A stretch of 64,000 nt of DNA from Kingella sp. (in: b-proteobacteria) (GTDB taxonomy: Bacteria > Pseudomonadota > Gammaproteobacteria > Burkholderiales > Neisseriaceae), in assembly GCF_030527935.1 (NCBI RefSeq), contig NZ_JAUMZV010000001.1, forward strand, positions 74,006-138,005. The letters run 5' to 3'. The translations under genes were made by a program, and so were the position numbers. Positions 55,938-64,000 of this stretch are shown here, one piece after another (position 1 is the first letter of the stretch; each line of letters begins with the position of its first letter). A model generated the notes under the pieces. The model ran no database searches. It was not told where the DNA came from and saw only the letters and a program-made list of their open reading frames with translations.

Positions 55938-58900
55938 TCAGGCTGCCTTTGGGCTTAATTGTTTCAACACCGCCCTTACGGTTCTCACCCGCGCTTCCAC
56001 ATCTTCCATCACCGCGCTCACGCGCAGTTTGTCCGCCCCCGCCATGCGGTAGTTTTTATTGCTCTGCATCAGCAAAATAATATCGGCAGGCTCGACGCTG
56101 GTGTGTTTGCCGAAGGTGAGCGTGAGCGCGTCGGTGGACGCATCAATCGCGGTGATGCCGAAGGCTTTGGCGGCTAGGCGCAGGCGGTGGCTGTCAAGCA
56201 GGGTTTTGACGGGCTGTTCGGGCAGGCCGAAGCGGTCTACCAGTTCTTCGTGGATGCTGTTGATTTGCCCTTCGGTTTCGCAGGTGGCGAGGCGTTTGTA
56301 GAGGACGAGCCGTTCGTGGATGTCGGGGCAGTAGCCTTCGGGCAGCAGGGCGGGGCTGTGCAGTTTGATTTCGGTGGTGATGCCCAGCGGCGCGTCGAGG
56401 TCGGGCTGGCGGCCTTTTTTGAGGTCGCGCACGGCTTGTTTGAGCATTTCGGTGTAGAGCGTGAAGCCGACCTGTATCATTTCTCCGGATTGTCCTTCGC
56501 CGAGGATTTCGCCTGCGCCGCGGATTTCCAAATCCTGCATGGCAAGGGTGAAACCTGCGCCGAGTTCGTCTGCCGCCGCGATGGCGTCGAGGCGTTTTTC
56601 TGCGTCTTTGGTGATGTATTCGGGCGTGAGCAGGTAGGCGTAGGCTTGGTGGTGGCTGCGGCCGACGCGCCCGCGAAGCTGGTGCAGTTGCGCCAGCCCG
56701 AATTTGTCGGCGCGGTTGATGATGATGGTGTTGGCGTTGGGGATGTCGATGCCGGTTTCGATGATGGTGGAACAGAGCAACACGTTGAATCTTTGCTGCA
56801 AAAAGTCGCGCATGACTTGTTCTAGTTCTCGCTCGCGCAGTTGTCCGTGTGCCACGCCGATGCGGGCTTCGGGCAGCAGGGTTTCCAGCCGCTCGCGCAT
56901 GTTTTCGATGGTATCCACTTCATTGTGCAGGAAAAATATCTGCCCGCCGCGTTTGAGTTCGCGCAATACGGCTTCGCGCACGCTGCCTTCGCTGAACGGT
57001 TTGACAAAGGTTTTGACGGCGAGGCGGCGGCTCGGCGCGGTGGTAATCAGCGAGAAGTCGCGCAGACCTTCGAGCGCCATGCTGAGGGTGCGCGGAATCG
57101 GCGTGGCGGTCATGGTGAGGATATCGACATTGGCGCGCAGGCGTTTGAGCTGCTCTTTCTGGCGCACACCGAAGCGGTGTTCTTCGTCGATAATCACTAA
57201 GCCTAAGTTTTTGAATTTGATGTCGTCCTGCACCAGTTTGTGCGTGCCGATAACGATATCGACCGTGCCGTCTGCCATGCCTTCCAGCGCGGCTTTGGTG
57301 GCTTTGCTGTTGTTGAAACGCGAAAGGCTGGCGACTTTCACGGGGAAATCGGCGAAACGGTCGGCGAAATTTTGCGCGTGCTGCTCGACCAGAAGCGTGG
57401 TCGGGGCGAGTACGGCAACCTGTTTGCCGCCCATTACCGCCACAAACGCGGCGCGCAGGGCGACTTCGGTTTTGCCGAAACCAACATCGCCGCACACAAG
57501 GCGGTCCATCGGCTTCGCCTGCGTTAAATCTTTAATCACGGCGGCGATGGCGGCGGCTTGGTCTTCGGTTTCCTCGTAGCCGAAGCCGTCGGCAAAGGCG
57601 CGGTAGTCGTCTTCGCTGAACGGGAATTTGTGCCCTTCTTGCGCGGCGCGTCGGGCGTAGAGGTTTAAAAGCTCGGCGGCGGTGTCGCGGGCTTTTTCGG
57701 CAGCCTTGCGCTTGGCTTTGTTCCATGTCGCGCTGCCGAGTTTGTGCAGTTGCACGTTTTCATGCGCCTGGCCGGAGTAGCGGCTGATTAAATGCAGTTG
57801 CGAAACAGGCACATAAAGCTGCGCTTCACCTGCGTATTCCAGCAGCATCATCTCCTGCGCTTCGCCGCCCAAATCCATCGTTACCAAGCCCATATAGCGG
57901 CCGATGCCGTGTTCTTCGTGGACAACGGGGTCGCCGATGCTGATTTCGGCAAGGTCGCGCAGCAAACCATCGGACACGGCGGCGTGCTTCTTGCGGCGTG
58001 TGCTGCTGCGGCTTTTGGCGACGTATTGGTAGAGGTCGGATTCGGTGATGATGGCGAGGGCGGGGGTTTTCAGGCTGCCTTTGGGGGCGTCTGAAATATT
58101 TGGTAGGTTGGGTCTTGACCCAACATTTGCGGCGGATTGTTGGGTCTCGACCCAACCTACATTGTTTTCATGCTGCCTTTCAGACGGCGTTTCTCCGTTT
58201 TCAGGCTGCCCGCCCAATCTAAACCCATACGCCAGCGGCGTTACCGTAATGCACAGCCGCGCATCGCTCTGCAAAAACGCCTGCCAGCCGTCCACATTTT
58301 TCGGCTTCAAACCGTGCTGCGCAAAAAAGCCCAGCATGGTTTCGCGCCGCCCCGCGCTTTCGGCGGTAAGCAGAATCCGCCCGCCAAAGGCAGCCTGAAA
58401 ATCCTGCAACGCCTGCAAAGGCTGCTCCGCCTGACGGTTCACCGCCACATCGGGCAGCGCAAACGCCCCACCGCCCAATTCGGGGTGGATTTGCGGATAG
58501 GCTTTCAGGCAGCCTGAAAATTGGTCGGCAGCGAGATACAGATGCTGCGGCGGCAGCGGCGGATAGGTTTCGTCGCACTGCGCCATTTGGAAACGCGATT
58601 TCACTTCCGCCTCAAACCGCCGCGCCTCGGCGTGCACATCGCCCACGCACACCGCCAGCGCGTCCGCGCCCAGATAGTCAAACAGCGTCGCGCAGCCGTC
58701 TTCAAAAAACAGCGGCAGATAATATTCCACCCCCGCGCCAAACTGACCGCCGCTCACGGCTTTGTACACCGCCGCCTCGTTCGGATTGCCGTTCACCTCC
58801 TCGCGGAAACGGCTGCGGAAGATTTTTTGCGCCGCGTCGTCGGTGGGGAATTCGTGCGCGGGCAGCAGGCGGATTTCCGACACGGGCGCGATGGTGCGCT

Positions 58901-59486
58901 GGCTGTCGGGGTCAAACGTTTTGATGCTGTCAATCTCATCGTCAAACAAATCAATGCGATACGGCGTGTCGCTGCCCGTGGGGAACAAGTCCACAATGCC
59001 GCCGCGCACGGCAAATTCGCCGCCCGCCACCACATTCGACACCGCACTGTAACCCGCTTCCACCAGATTCTGCCGTAGCGCGGCAATGTCCAGCCGCTGC
59101 CCCGTTTTCAGCCAAAACGTGCGTCCCAACAGAAACGGCGCGGGCGCAAGACGCTGCATCGCCGTGGCAACGGGCACAAACAGCGCGTCCGCCAGCCCGT
59201 TTTTAAGCTGCCACAACACCGACAGCCGCTCCGACACCAAATCCTGATGCGGCGAAAACCGCTCATAAGGCAGCGTTTCCCAGTCGGGCAGAAACAGCGC
59301 GTTGTCCTGCGGGCGGAAAAACTGCCACGCCGTTTGCAGCCGCAGCGCGGTTTCCGCGTCGGGCGTAAGGATAAGTTTCGGCGGCTTGGGCGGCAGGTTT
59401 TGCGTTAAGAAATAAGGCAGGCTGCCGGCGGTGAGATTGAGCCAGCGGGTGCGCGGGGCGGATGGGGTGGGGAGGGGAAAGGTCAT
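55938..59486 (-). CDS. mfd: transcription-repair coupling factor Mfd carrying an in-frame ~45-aa insertion
   Basis: 1182 aa. It has UvrB-homology, RNAP-interacting and SF2 translocase domains (GDVGFGKTEVALRAAF, DEEHRFG), TRG and a C-terminal D7. The insertion is encoded at 58060-58212. Confidence 0.9.
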   Translation of the reverse strand: MTFPLPTPSAPRTRWLNLTAGSLPYFLTQNLPPKPPKLILTPDAETALRLQTAWQFFRPQDNALFLPDWETLPYERFSPHQDLVSERLSVLWQLKNGLADALFVPVATAMQRLAPAPFLLGRTFWLKTGQRLDIAALRQNLVEAGYSAVSNVVAGGEFAVRGGIVDLFPTGSDTPYRIDLFDDEIDSIKTFDPDSQRTIAPVSEIRLLPAHEFPTDDAAQKIFRSRFREEVNGNPNEAAVYKAVSGGQFGAGVEYYLPLFFEDGCATLFDYLGADALAVCVGDVHAEARRFEAEVKSRFQMAQCDETYPPLPPQHLYLAADQFSGCLKAYPQIHPELGGGAFALPDVAVNRQAEQPLQALQDFQAAFGGRILLTAESAGRRETMLGFFAQHGLKPKNVDGWQAFLQSDARLCITVTPLAYGFRLGGQPENGETPSERQHENNVGWVETQQSAANVGSRPNLPNISDAPKGSLKTPALAIITESDLYQYVAKSRSSTRRKKHAAVSDGLLRDLAEISIGDPVVHEEHGIGRYMGLVTMDLGGEAQEMMLLEYAGEAQLYVPVSQLHLISRYSGQAHENVQLHKLGSATWNKAKRKAAEKARDTAAELLNLYARRAAQEGHKFPFSEDDYRAFADGFGYEETEDQAAAIAAVIKDLTQAKPMDRLVCGDVGFGKTEVALRAAFVAVMGGKQVAVLAPTTLLVEQHAQNFADRFADFPVKVASLSRFNNSKATKAALEGMADGTVDIVIGTHKLVQDDIKFKNLGLVIIDEEHRFGVRQKEQLKRLRANVDILTMTATPIPRTLSMALEGLRDFSLITTAPSRRLAVKTFVKPFSEGSVREAVLRELKRGGQIFFLHNEVDTIENMRERLETLLPEARIGVAHGQLRERELEQVMRDFLQQRFNVLLCSTIIETGIDIPNANTIIINRADKFGLAQLHQLRGRVGRSHHQAYAYLLTPEYITKDAEKRLDAIAAADELGAGFTLAMQDLEIRGAGEILGEGQSGEMIQVGFTLYTEMLKQAVRDLKKGRQPDLDAPLGITTEIKLHSPALLPEGYCPDIHERLVLYKRLATCETEGQINSIHEELVDRFGLPEQPVKTLLDSHRLRLAAKAFGITAIDASTDALTLTFGKHTSVEPADIILLMQSNKNYRMAGADKLRVSAVMEDVEARVRTVRAVLKQLSPKAA
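58060..58212. mobile_element. in-frame hairpin mini-element inside mfd carrying Neisseria-type DUS
   Basis: kingDUS at both ends. Internally GGCGTCTGAA (58086-58095) and TTCAGACGGC (58178-58187), which is the reverse complement of GCCGTCTGAA. They flank the cruciform GGTAGGTTGGGTCTTGACCCAACATTTGCGGCGGATTGTTGGGTCTCGACCCAACCTAC. Confidence 0.65.
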
Positions 59487-59616
59487 GGTTGGTTTTTTGG
59501 GGGTTAAAAAACGTTTTAGGCAGCCTGAAAACAGGGACGGGTTTTGGGTTTCGCAGAAGCCCGTAAACTTGCTTTCAGGCTGCCTTGGATTTTATAAGCC
59601 GTAGTTTCGTAGCGAC

Positions 59617-60192
59617 TTACAACGTGCCAACAAACAAAAATGAATAAAGATTTTCTCGGTTGATTTTTAATTCGGCGCAGTCAAGCAGTTGCTGGATTTC
59701 AGCAAGATAGTCTTCATCTTCATTCAGGAAGTAGTTTTCATCGCACTCCCCGTCTATTGTGTTGGCGGCAATATATTTGATGGAAATGTCCATCATATCG
59801 GACAAGACGCAAATAAAATCTGCAAGGGTTTGGGCGATGGGGAATTTTTCATTTGTGCCGAAAGTCATGGCAAATAATTCTCCCGTTTCGCTGTCAATCA
59901 ATATTGGCTGGTCGTCCTGATTGAGCAAATATAAAAAATGTTCGTCTTTTCCGTCCAGCCAGCCGCGATGGTTTTGCATATCGTCCCACGATTGGAAAAA
60001 GAACAAATTAAAAGGATTGCCGATTGCGATGAGATTATGGGATGGGTGCAGGGTGTTCATAAAATTTGCTGCATCGCTTTTGTTGGCATCATACAAATCA
60101 GGGTTAAAAACCAACGTTCCGTTATCAAATTCTGCCCTGCCTTCTTTGCCGTAAACGTTTGAAAAATGGTGTAGCGCGTTTTTTATCAACAT
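59617..60192 (-). CDS. SMI1/KNR4 (SUKH-superfamily) immunity-type protein
   Basis: About 190 aa starting at MLIKNALHHF. It is acidic and AT-rich. Its architecture resembles orphan immunity genes of polymorphic-toxin (maf/CDI) loci. Confidence 0.45.
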   Translation of the reverse strand: MLIKNALHHFSNVYGKEGRAEFDNGTLVFNPDLYDANKSDAANFMNTLHPSHNLIAIGNPFNLFFFQSWDDMQNHRGWLDGKDEHFLYLLNQDDQPILIDSETGELFAMTFGTNEKFPIAQTLADFICVLSDMMDISIKYIAANTIDGECDENYFLNEDEDYLAEIQQLLDCAELKINRENLYSFLFVGTL

Positions 60193-60292
60193 TTTTCTTT
60201 CTTTGTTGCGGGTTGCGGTTGCGTCAGTCGGATACTCGTATCCAACAAACATTCAATGCTGCGCCAAGGTCGGATTTTAGAACCCGACTTGC

Positions 60293-60320
60293 TTAGAACC
60301 TGTATTCACTATTTGCATAG
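60293..60320. repeat. MITE left terminal-repeat fragment
   Basis: TTAGAACCTGTATTCACTATTTGCATAG. Confidence 0.5.
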
Positions 60321-60551
60321 GCAGCCTTGCTTTTGAAAAGCGTTGTTCAGCCGTTTGTCGTTGCCTGCGAGCCGCATTGTGTCGCGTTTCGGGCAGAAGC
60401 TGAGGTAGGTGCGGAACAGGATATCTTGGCGCAGGATTTCGTTGCGGCATTCTTCGGCGGTGATGGTGCGGACGTTTTCCGGCATTGCCGGAACTTCGTC
60501 GGAAGGCGGCTGTGCGGCGGCGTGGGTGGTAAGCAGGGCGAGGGTTTTCAT
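60309..60551 (-). CDS. small hypothetical protein
   Basis: About 80 aa from MKTLALL. Its 3' end runs into a MITE fragment. Coding status is doubtful. Confidence 0.2.
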   Translation of the reverse strand: MKTLALLTTHAAAQPPSDEVPAMPENVRTITAEECRNEILRQDILFRTYLSFCPKRDTMRLAGNDKRLNNAFQKQGCLCK

Positions 60552-60647
60552 GGGATTTCCATTTGAGTGAGCCAAGGTTTTTTCAGGCTGCCTTTGCGCG
60601 GGCGGTACTTTGCTTTATAGTGCGCCTTTTCACACGCGCATAGGAGT

Positions 60648-60896
60648 ATGACGATGGGTTTGATTGGTATGATTGTGATTGGTTTTTTTGTTGGGCTGGT
60701 GGCGCGGGCGATTATGCCGGGTAACAACAAAATGGGCTTTTGGCTGACTTCGGGGCTGGGGATGCTGGGCTCGGTGGTGGCGGGCTTTCTAGGGCAGCAG
60801 CTGGGCTGGTACAGCATCGGCGAGCCTGCGGGCTTTGTGGCTTCGGTGGTGGGTGCGCTGCTGATTATGGCGGTGTTGGGCGGGGTGCGCCGTTAG
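60648..60896 (+). CDS. GlsB/YeaQ/YmgE-family (transglycosylase-associated) stress membrane protein
   Basis: 82 aa. GLIGMIVIGFFVGLVARAIMPG is characteristic of the family. Confidence 0.75.
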   Translation: MTMGLIGMIVIGFFVGLVARAIMPGNNKMGFWLTSGLGMLGSVVAGFLGQQLGWYSIGEPAGFVASVVGALLIMAVLGGVRR

Positions 60897-60915
60897 GGTG
60901 CTTTCTTGCTCTTTA

Positions 60916-60990
60916 AGGCAGCCTGAAAACGGGCGAAGCGAGTTTTAGCGAAGCTAAAACGGCAGCTCAATTTGTTTTCAGGCTGCCTTT
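60916..60990. repeat. family-E DUS-associated repeat
   Basis: GGCAGCCTGAAAACGGGCGAAGCGAGTTTTAGCGAAGCTAAAACGGCAGCTCAATTTGTTTTCAGGCTGCC. Confidence 0.5.
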
Positions 60991-60999
60991 TTTGTTGGG

Positions 61000-61218
61000 T
61001 TATTTTCTTTTCAACACCAGCGTGAATACGCCGTTTTCTTCGCGGCTGTCTAGCAATTCGTGTCCTGTGTGTTGGCAGAAGGCGGCGAAGTCGGCGGGCG
61101 CGCCTGCATCGGTGGCGAGTATGGTGATGATGGCACCGCTGTCTAGGGTGGCTAGGGCTTTTTTGGCGCGGAGAATGGGTAGCGGGCATTTTAAGCCTGT
61201 TAGGTCTAGGGTTGGCAT
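61000..61218 (-). CDS. TusA-like sulfurtransferase
   Basis: About 72 aa starting at MPTLDLTGLKCPLPIL, which contains the CPxP motif. AAGGA ribosome-binding site. The upstream part of the listed ORF is unlikely to be coding. Confidence 0.7.
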   Translation of the reverse strand: MPTLDLTGLKCPLPILRAKKALATLDSGAIITILATDAGAPADFAAFCQHTGHELLDSREENGVFTLVLKRK

Positions 61219-61462
61219 GGGAGTTCCTTTGGGTGGGGCAGTCTGAAAGGGCTTTTTAGTGCTTTTCAGGCTGCTTTGATGGGGGGGAATGAAAGGGGGA
61301 GATTTTATCAAAGTTTGGGGCGGGGATTGGGCGTTTGCGCGTTTTCAGGCTGCTTGATGATTGCGCGGGGTGTTGTATTTTAAGGCAGCCTGAAAACGTG
61401 AAATTGCAGTTTCAGGCTGAAACCTTTGCAAAACCCAAAACACAACAAGAAATAGTCAATTC

Positions 61463-61572
61463 TCCGTCATTCCAGCGTAGGCGGGAATCTTGGTTAAATT
61501 CACACAATGGGTTGTTTTTTCATAAATTTATGAATATTGGACGAGATTCCCGCCTGCGCGGGAATGACGGCA
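61463..61572. repeat. NIME-like element bounded by dRS3 repeats
   Basis: ATTCCAGCGTAGGCGGGAAT at 61469-61488 and ATTCCCGCCTGCGCGGGAAT at 61546-61565. Confidence 0.65.
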
Positions 61573-61825
61573 TTTCTTGTTTTCAGGCTGCCTTTTGTGT
61601 GGCTGGCGATGGCGGGATGGCGTGGATGGGATGGTTTCAAGGCTGCCTGAAACGCGGGTGCAATCGTGGCAGCCTGAAAACGCTTGCCCCGCGTTCCTAC
61701 GGCTTGCTTGCAAGCCGTGCGCTGGCAAAATAAAAATAGCGGATTAGGGGATTGGGCTTTTCAGGCTGCTTTTGGGCTTTATGCCTAGGTTGCAGCCTGA
61801 AATCGTGTTCGCAAGCCAACCTGCC

Positions 61826-62674
61826 CTACTCTGCCACCACCATCACTCGCAATTCTTCGTGCCAGTAGCCATCGGGGCGGGGGGCGACTTGGGCGTACAG
61901 CGCGGCGGGGGTGATTTGGCTGCGGCTGATGGTTTCGGGCTGTGTGATGCGGGCGGGGGCTAGGTATTCGGTGCGGTTTAGGCGGTAGTAGCGGGCGTGT
62001 TCGGGCAGGATGTGGGCGGTGGTTGTCCAGATGCCGCTCCATGCTTGCGGCGGGAAGGGGGGTGGCAGCTTGCCTGTAGCGGTGAAGCCGATGCCGCGTA
62101 CGATGCTGGCGCTGCGGATGGGTTCAGAGGCGATGTTGTGTTGGCGCAGGGTTGCTTGGGCTTGGGGGCTGGCGAGTAGGGCGAGTTGGCGTTGTAGCTT
62201 GCGTTGCTTGCGGGCTAGGGTGTCGCGCGGGTTGAGCCCTGCCATCTGTTCGCCTGTTGCGCTGCCGTGGTATTTGCAGGCGAGTTCTAGGTGGTAGGGC
62301 GTGCCGTTGAGCTCTACGATGTAGTCTATTTCGCCCAGCGTACTGTTGCCATCCGCATCATGGTTGTAAACGGGCAGATTGGCGGCGAGCAGCTTGGCGT
62401 GTGGGACGTGGGTGAACCAGTAGGCAAGCAGGTCTTCGGCGTATTTGCCGAGTGCATAGCGGTTGCGGGTTAGTTTTTCAGGCTGCCTTTGCGGGTCGCG
62501 CTGCCATTGTTCGTCCCATTGCAGCAGCAGCCTGAAACCGTGTTCGCCGAGCAATTCGCGCGTGGGCAATTCGCAGCCTGTGTGCCACAGCGGCGGGGCG
62601 GTGAGCAGGCTGGCTAGGTCGCGGATAGTGGGGTGGGCAAGCCGCCACCATAGGGCATCTTGGGCGTAGTTCAT
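61826..62674 (-). CDS. DUF1853-like hypothetical protein
   Basis: 282 aa. I did not verify the family. Confidence 0.4.
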   Translation of the reverse strand: MNYAQDALWWRLAHPTIRDLASLLTAPPLWHTGCELPTRELLGEHGFRLLLQWDEQWQRDPQRQPEKLTRNRYALGKYAEDLLAYWFTHVPHAKLLAANLPVYNHDADGNSTLGEIDYIVELNGTPYHLELACKYHGSATGEQMAGLNPRDTLARKQRKLQRQLALLASPQAQATLRQHNIASEPIRSASIVRGIGFTATGKLPPPFPPQAWSGIWTTTAHILPEHARYYRLNRTEYLAPARITQPETISRSQITPAALYAQVAPRPDGYWHEELRVMVVAE

Positions 62675-62853
62675 GGGGTTGTCCTTGGGATGGTTTTATT
62701 GTTTGCAAGCGGGCAAGTATAACGCGGATGGGGCTTGGCGGAACTTTGTTTCAGGCTGCCTATGCCATTTCACTTTTGCTGCGGATGGCGCAGCAAGGTA
62801 GCGCGGCAGATTTATGCCATAATCTGCGTTTTCTTGTTTACCGCAGCCTGAAA

Positions 62854-64000
62854 ATGCCTTGCTATCTGAAAATCGCGCTCAACACGCCGCTTGGTTTGCT
62901 CACTTATTCCCACCCCACGCCGCTGCCACGCGGCACGCGCGTGCTGGTGCCGTTTATCAACAAAACGCTGGCGGGCATTGTGTGGGGCAGCGAAACGCAG
63001 CCTGAAATCGCCGCGCACAAAATCCGCGCCGTGCAACAAGTGTTGTCGGACGAGCCGCCGCTGCCCGAAAGCTGGCTCGCGCTGATTGAGTTTGCCGCGC
63101 GTTATTACCATTACCCCATCGGGCAAACCGCGTTCACCGCGCTGCCGCAAGCCCTGCGCGAAAACCAATCCGCCAAAATCCCGCAGCCTGAAACCTTTTA
63201 CACGCTCAACGAATTAGGCAAACAGCAGCCTGAGCCGCCCGCGCGTTCGCACAAACAACGCGCCCTGTGGCAAGCCCTGTTTTCAGGCTGCCTAAACCTG
63301 CCCGCGCTGAAAAAAATCCATCCGCAAGCCGCCCATCTGATTAACGAATACGCCGCGCAAAACTGGCTTACCATCAGCACGCAAGGGCAGCCTGAAATCG
63401 CAAAATCCGCCCACACGCTCAACCCCGAGCAGCAAACCGCGTCTCACCAAATTCAGGCTGCCTTGGGGCAATTTCAGCCCTTTTTGCTGTACGGCATCAC
63501 AGGCAGCGGCAAAACCGAAGTCTATTTTGATGCCATGGCAACCGCGCTCGCGCAAGGCAAGCAAGTGTTGCTGCTGCTGCCCGAAATCAACCTGACCCCC
63601 CAGCTTTTGCAGCGTGTTGCCAACCGCTTCCCCAGCCTGCCCACCGCCGTATTGCACAGCCAAACCGCCGCAGGCAAGCGCAGCCAAGATTACCTGCGCG
63701 CCATGCTCGGGCAAGCCAAGCTCATCATCGGCACGCGCCTAGCCGTGTTCACCCCGCTGCCCGATTTAGCCCTGATTGTGGTGGACGAAGAACACGACGC
63801 TTCGTTTAAACAAGACAACGAACTGCGCTACCACGCCCGCGATTTAGCCATCTGGCGCGCCCAGCAAGCCGCCTGCCCCATTGTGCTCGGCAGCGCGACC
63901 CCCAGCCTAGAAAGCTGGCACAAAGCGCAAACAGGCGCATACCGCCTGCTCACCCTGCCCCACCGCGCCAACCCCCGCGCCCAGCTCCCGCACATCCAGC
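62854..64000 (+). CDS. priA: primosomal protein N' (PriA helicase), 5' part, continuing beyond the window
   Basis: The N-terminus reads MPCYLKIALNTPL...RGTRVLVPFINKTLAGIVWG. Walker A GITGSGKTEVY and the DExH motif VVDEEHD are present. It is missing from the ORF track because there is no stop inside the window. Confidence 0.85.
   Translation, partial: MPCYLKIALNTPLGLLTYSHPTPLPRGTRVLVPFINKTLAGIVWGSETQPEIAAHKIRAVQQVLSDEPPLPESWLALIEFAARYYHYPIGQTAFTALPQALRENQSAKIPQPETFYTLNELGKQQPEPPARSHKQRALWQALFSGCLNLPALKKIHPQAAHLINEYAAQNWLTISTQGQPEIAKSAHTLNPEQQTASHQIQAALGQFQPFLLYGITGSGKTEVYFDAMATALAQGKQVLLLLPEINLTPQLLQRVANRFPSLPTAVLHSQTAAGKRSQDYLRAMLGQAKLIIGTRLAVFTPLPDLALIVVDEEHDASFKQDNELRYHARDLAIWRAQQAACPIVLGSATPSLESWHKAQTGAYRLLTLPHRANPRAQLPHIQ

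Noticed and set aside
1-64000. Possible CRISPR array built from the recurring AGGCAGCCTGAA / TTCAGGCTGCCT units
   Set aside because: The units are only 12-13 bp. They occur in both orientations at irregular spacing across the whole window, including inside genes. There are no uniform spacers and no leader. They are DNA uptake sequences.
1-64000. tRNA, rRNA, tmRNA or RNase P genes
   Set aside because: I scanned intergenic regions for cloverleaf-compatible sequence with a GTTC-type T-loop and for rRNA-like conserved blocks and found none. The repeat families explain the structured intergenic DNA.

Overview
This window is a 64-kb chromosomal segment from a Neisseriaceae genome. The 12-mer AGGCAGCCTGAA and its reverse complement TTCAGGCTGCCT occur very densely throughout. 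The count is well over one hundred by eye, not exact. That sequence is the Kingella-type DNA uptake sequence dialect (AG-kingDUS), so the source is probably a Kingella denitrificans-like organism or a close relative. I could not search anything, so this is inferred from the DUS dialect and GC content alone. The DUS copies often sit as inverted pairs downstream of genes, where they look like terminators. They also occur inside genes in frame, encoding RQPE, GSLK, FRLP, FQAA or SGCL.

The core gene content is ordinary housekeeping: a peroxiredoxin-glutaredoxin hybrid, dtd, pykA, trpA, the minCDE-oxyR operon with oxyR translationally coupled to minE, a potD-like lipoprotein, yaaA, greA, cysK, pglL, recA, dsbD, lnt, panD, trpE, ribA, metR, trkA, mfd and the start of priA.

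Three accessory blocks stand out:
- A tightly coupled five-gene operon inserted between pglL and recA (20234-26482). It encodes a pRiA4b-ORF3-like (PF07929-like) protein, a short Toprim protein with DUF2220/JetD-like motifs, a MukB/MksB/JetC-like SMC ATPase of 973 aa, and two further proteins of 457 and 190 aa. The gene order is D-C-A-B, not the canonical Wadjet/MksBEFG order A-B-C-D. I read this as a candidate non-canonical Wadjet-like anti-plasmid system and consider it the most interesting feature of the window.
- An Nf-like filamentous (inovirus) prophage immediately downstream of recA (about 28.3-37.1 kb). It carries a Rep_trans initiator, a major coat protein, a g3p-like adsorption protein, a Zot-like assembly ATPase and an IS110-family (Piv-like) transposase. 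The transposase is followed by a GC-rich, highly structured non-coding segment that is a candidate bridge/seek-type guide RNA.
- An AT-rich, DUS-free three-gene island between trkA and a TrmH-family gene (51.4-53.9 kb) encoding an HExxH metallopeptidase-like protein.

The window also carries several small repeat families:
- dRS3/NIME-like elements of the ATTCCC-N8-GGGAAT type.
- A Correia-like MITE with 26-bp terminal inverted repeats.
- Three other hairpin repeat families.
- A perfect 94-bp palindrome.
- An in-frame hairpin insertion inside mfd that carries a Neisseria-type GCCGTCTGAA DUS.
- A 17-bp tandem duplication that frameshifts a gene.
- An in-frame TGA inside a metallophosphoesterase gene.

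I found no rRNA or tRNA genes and no CRISPR array.
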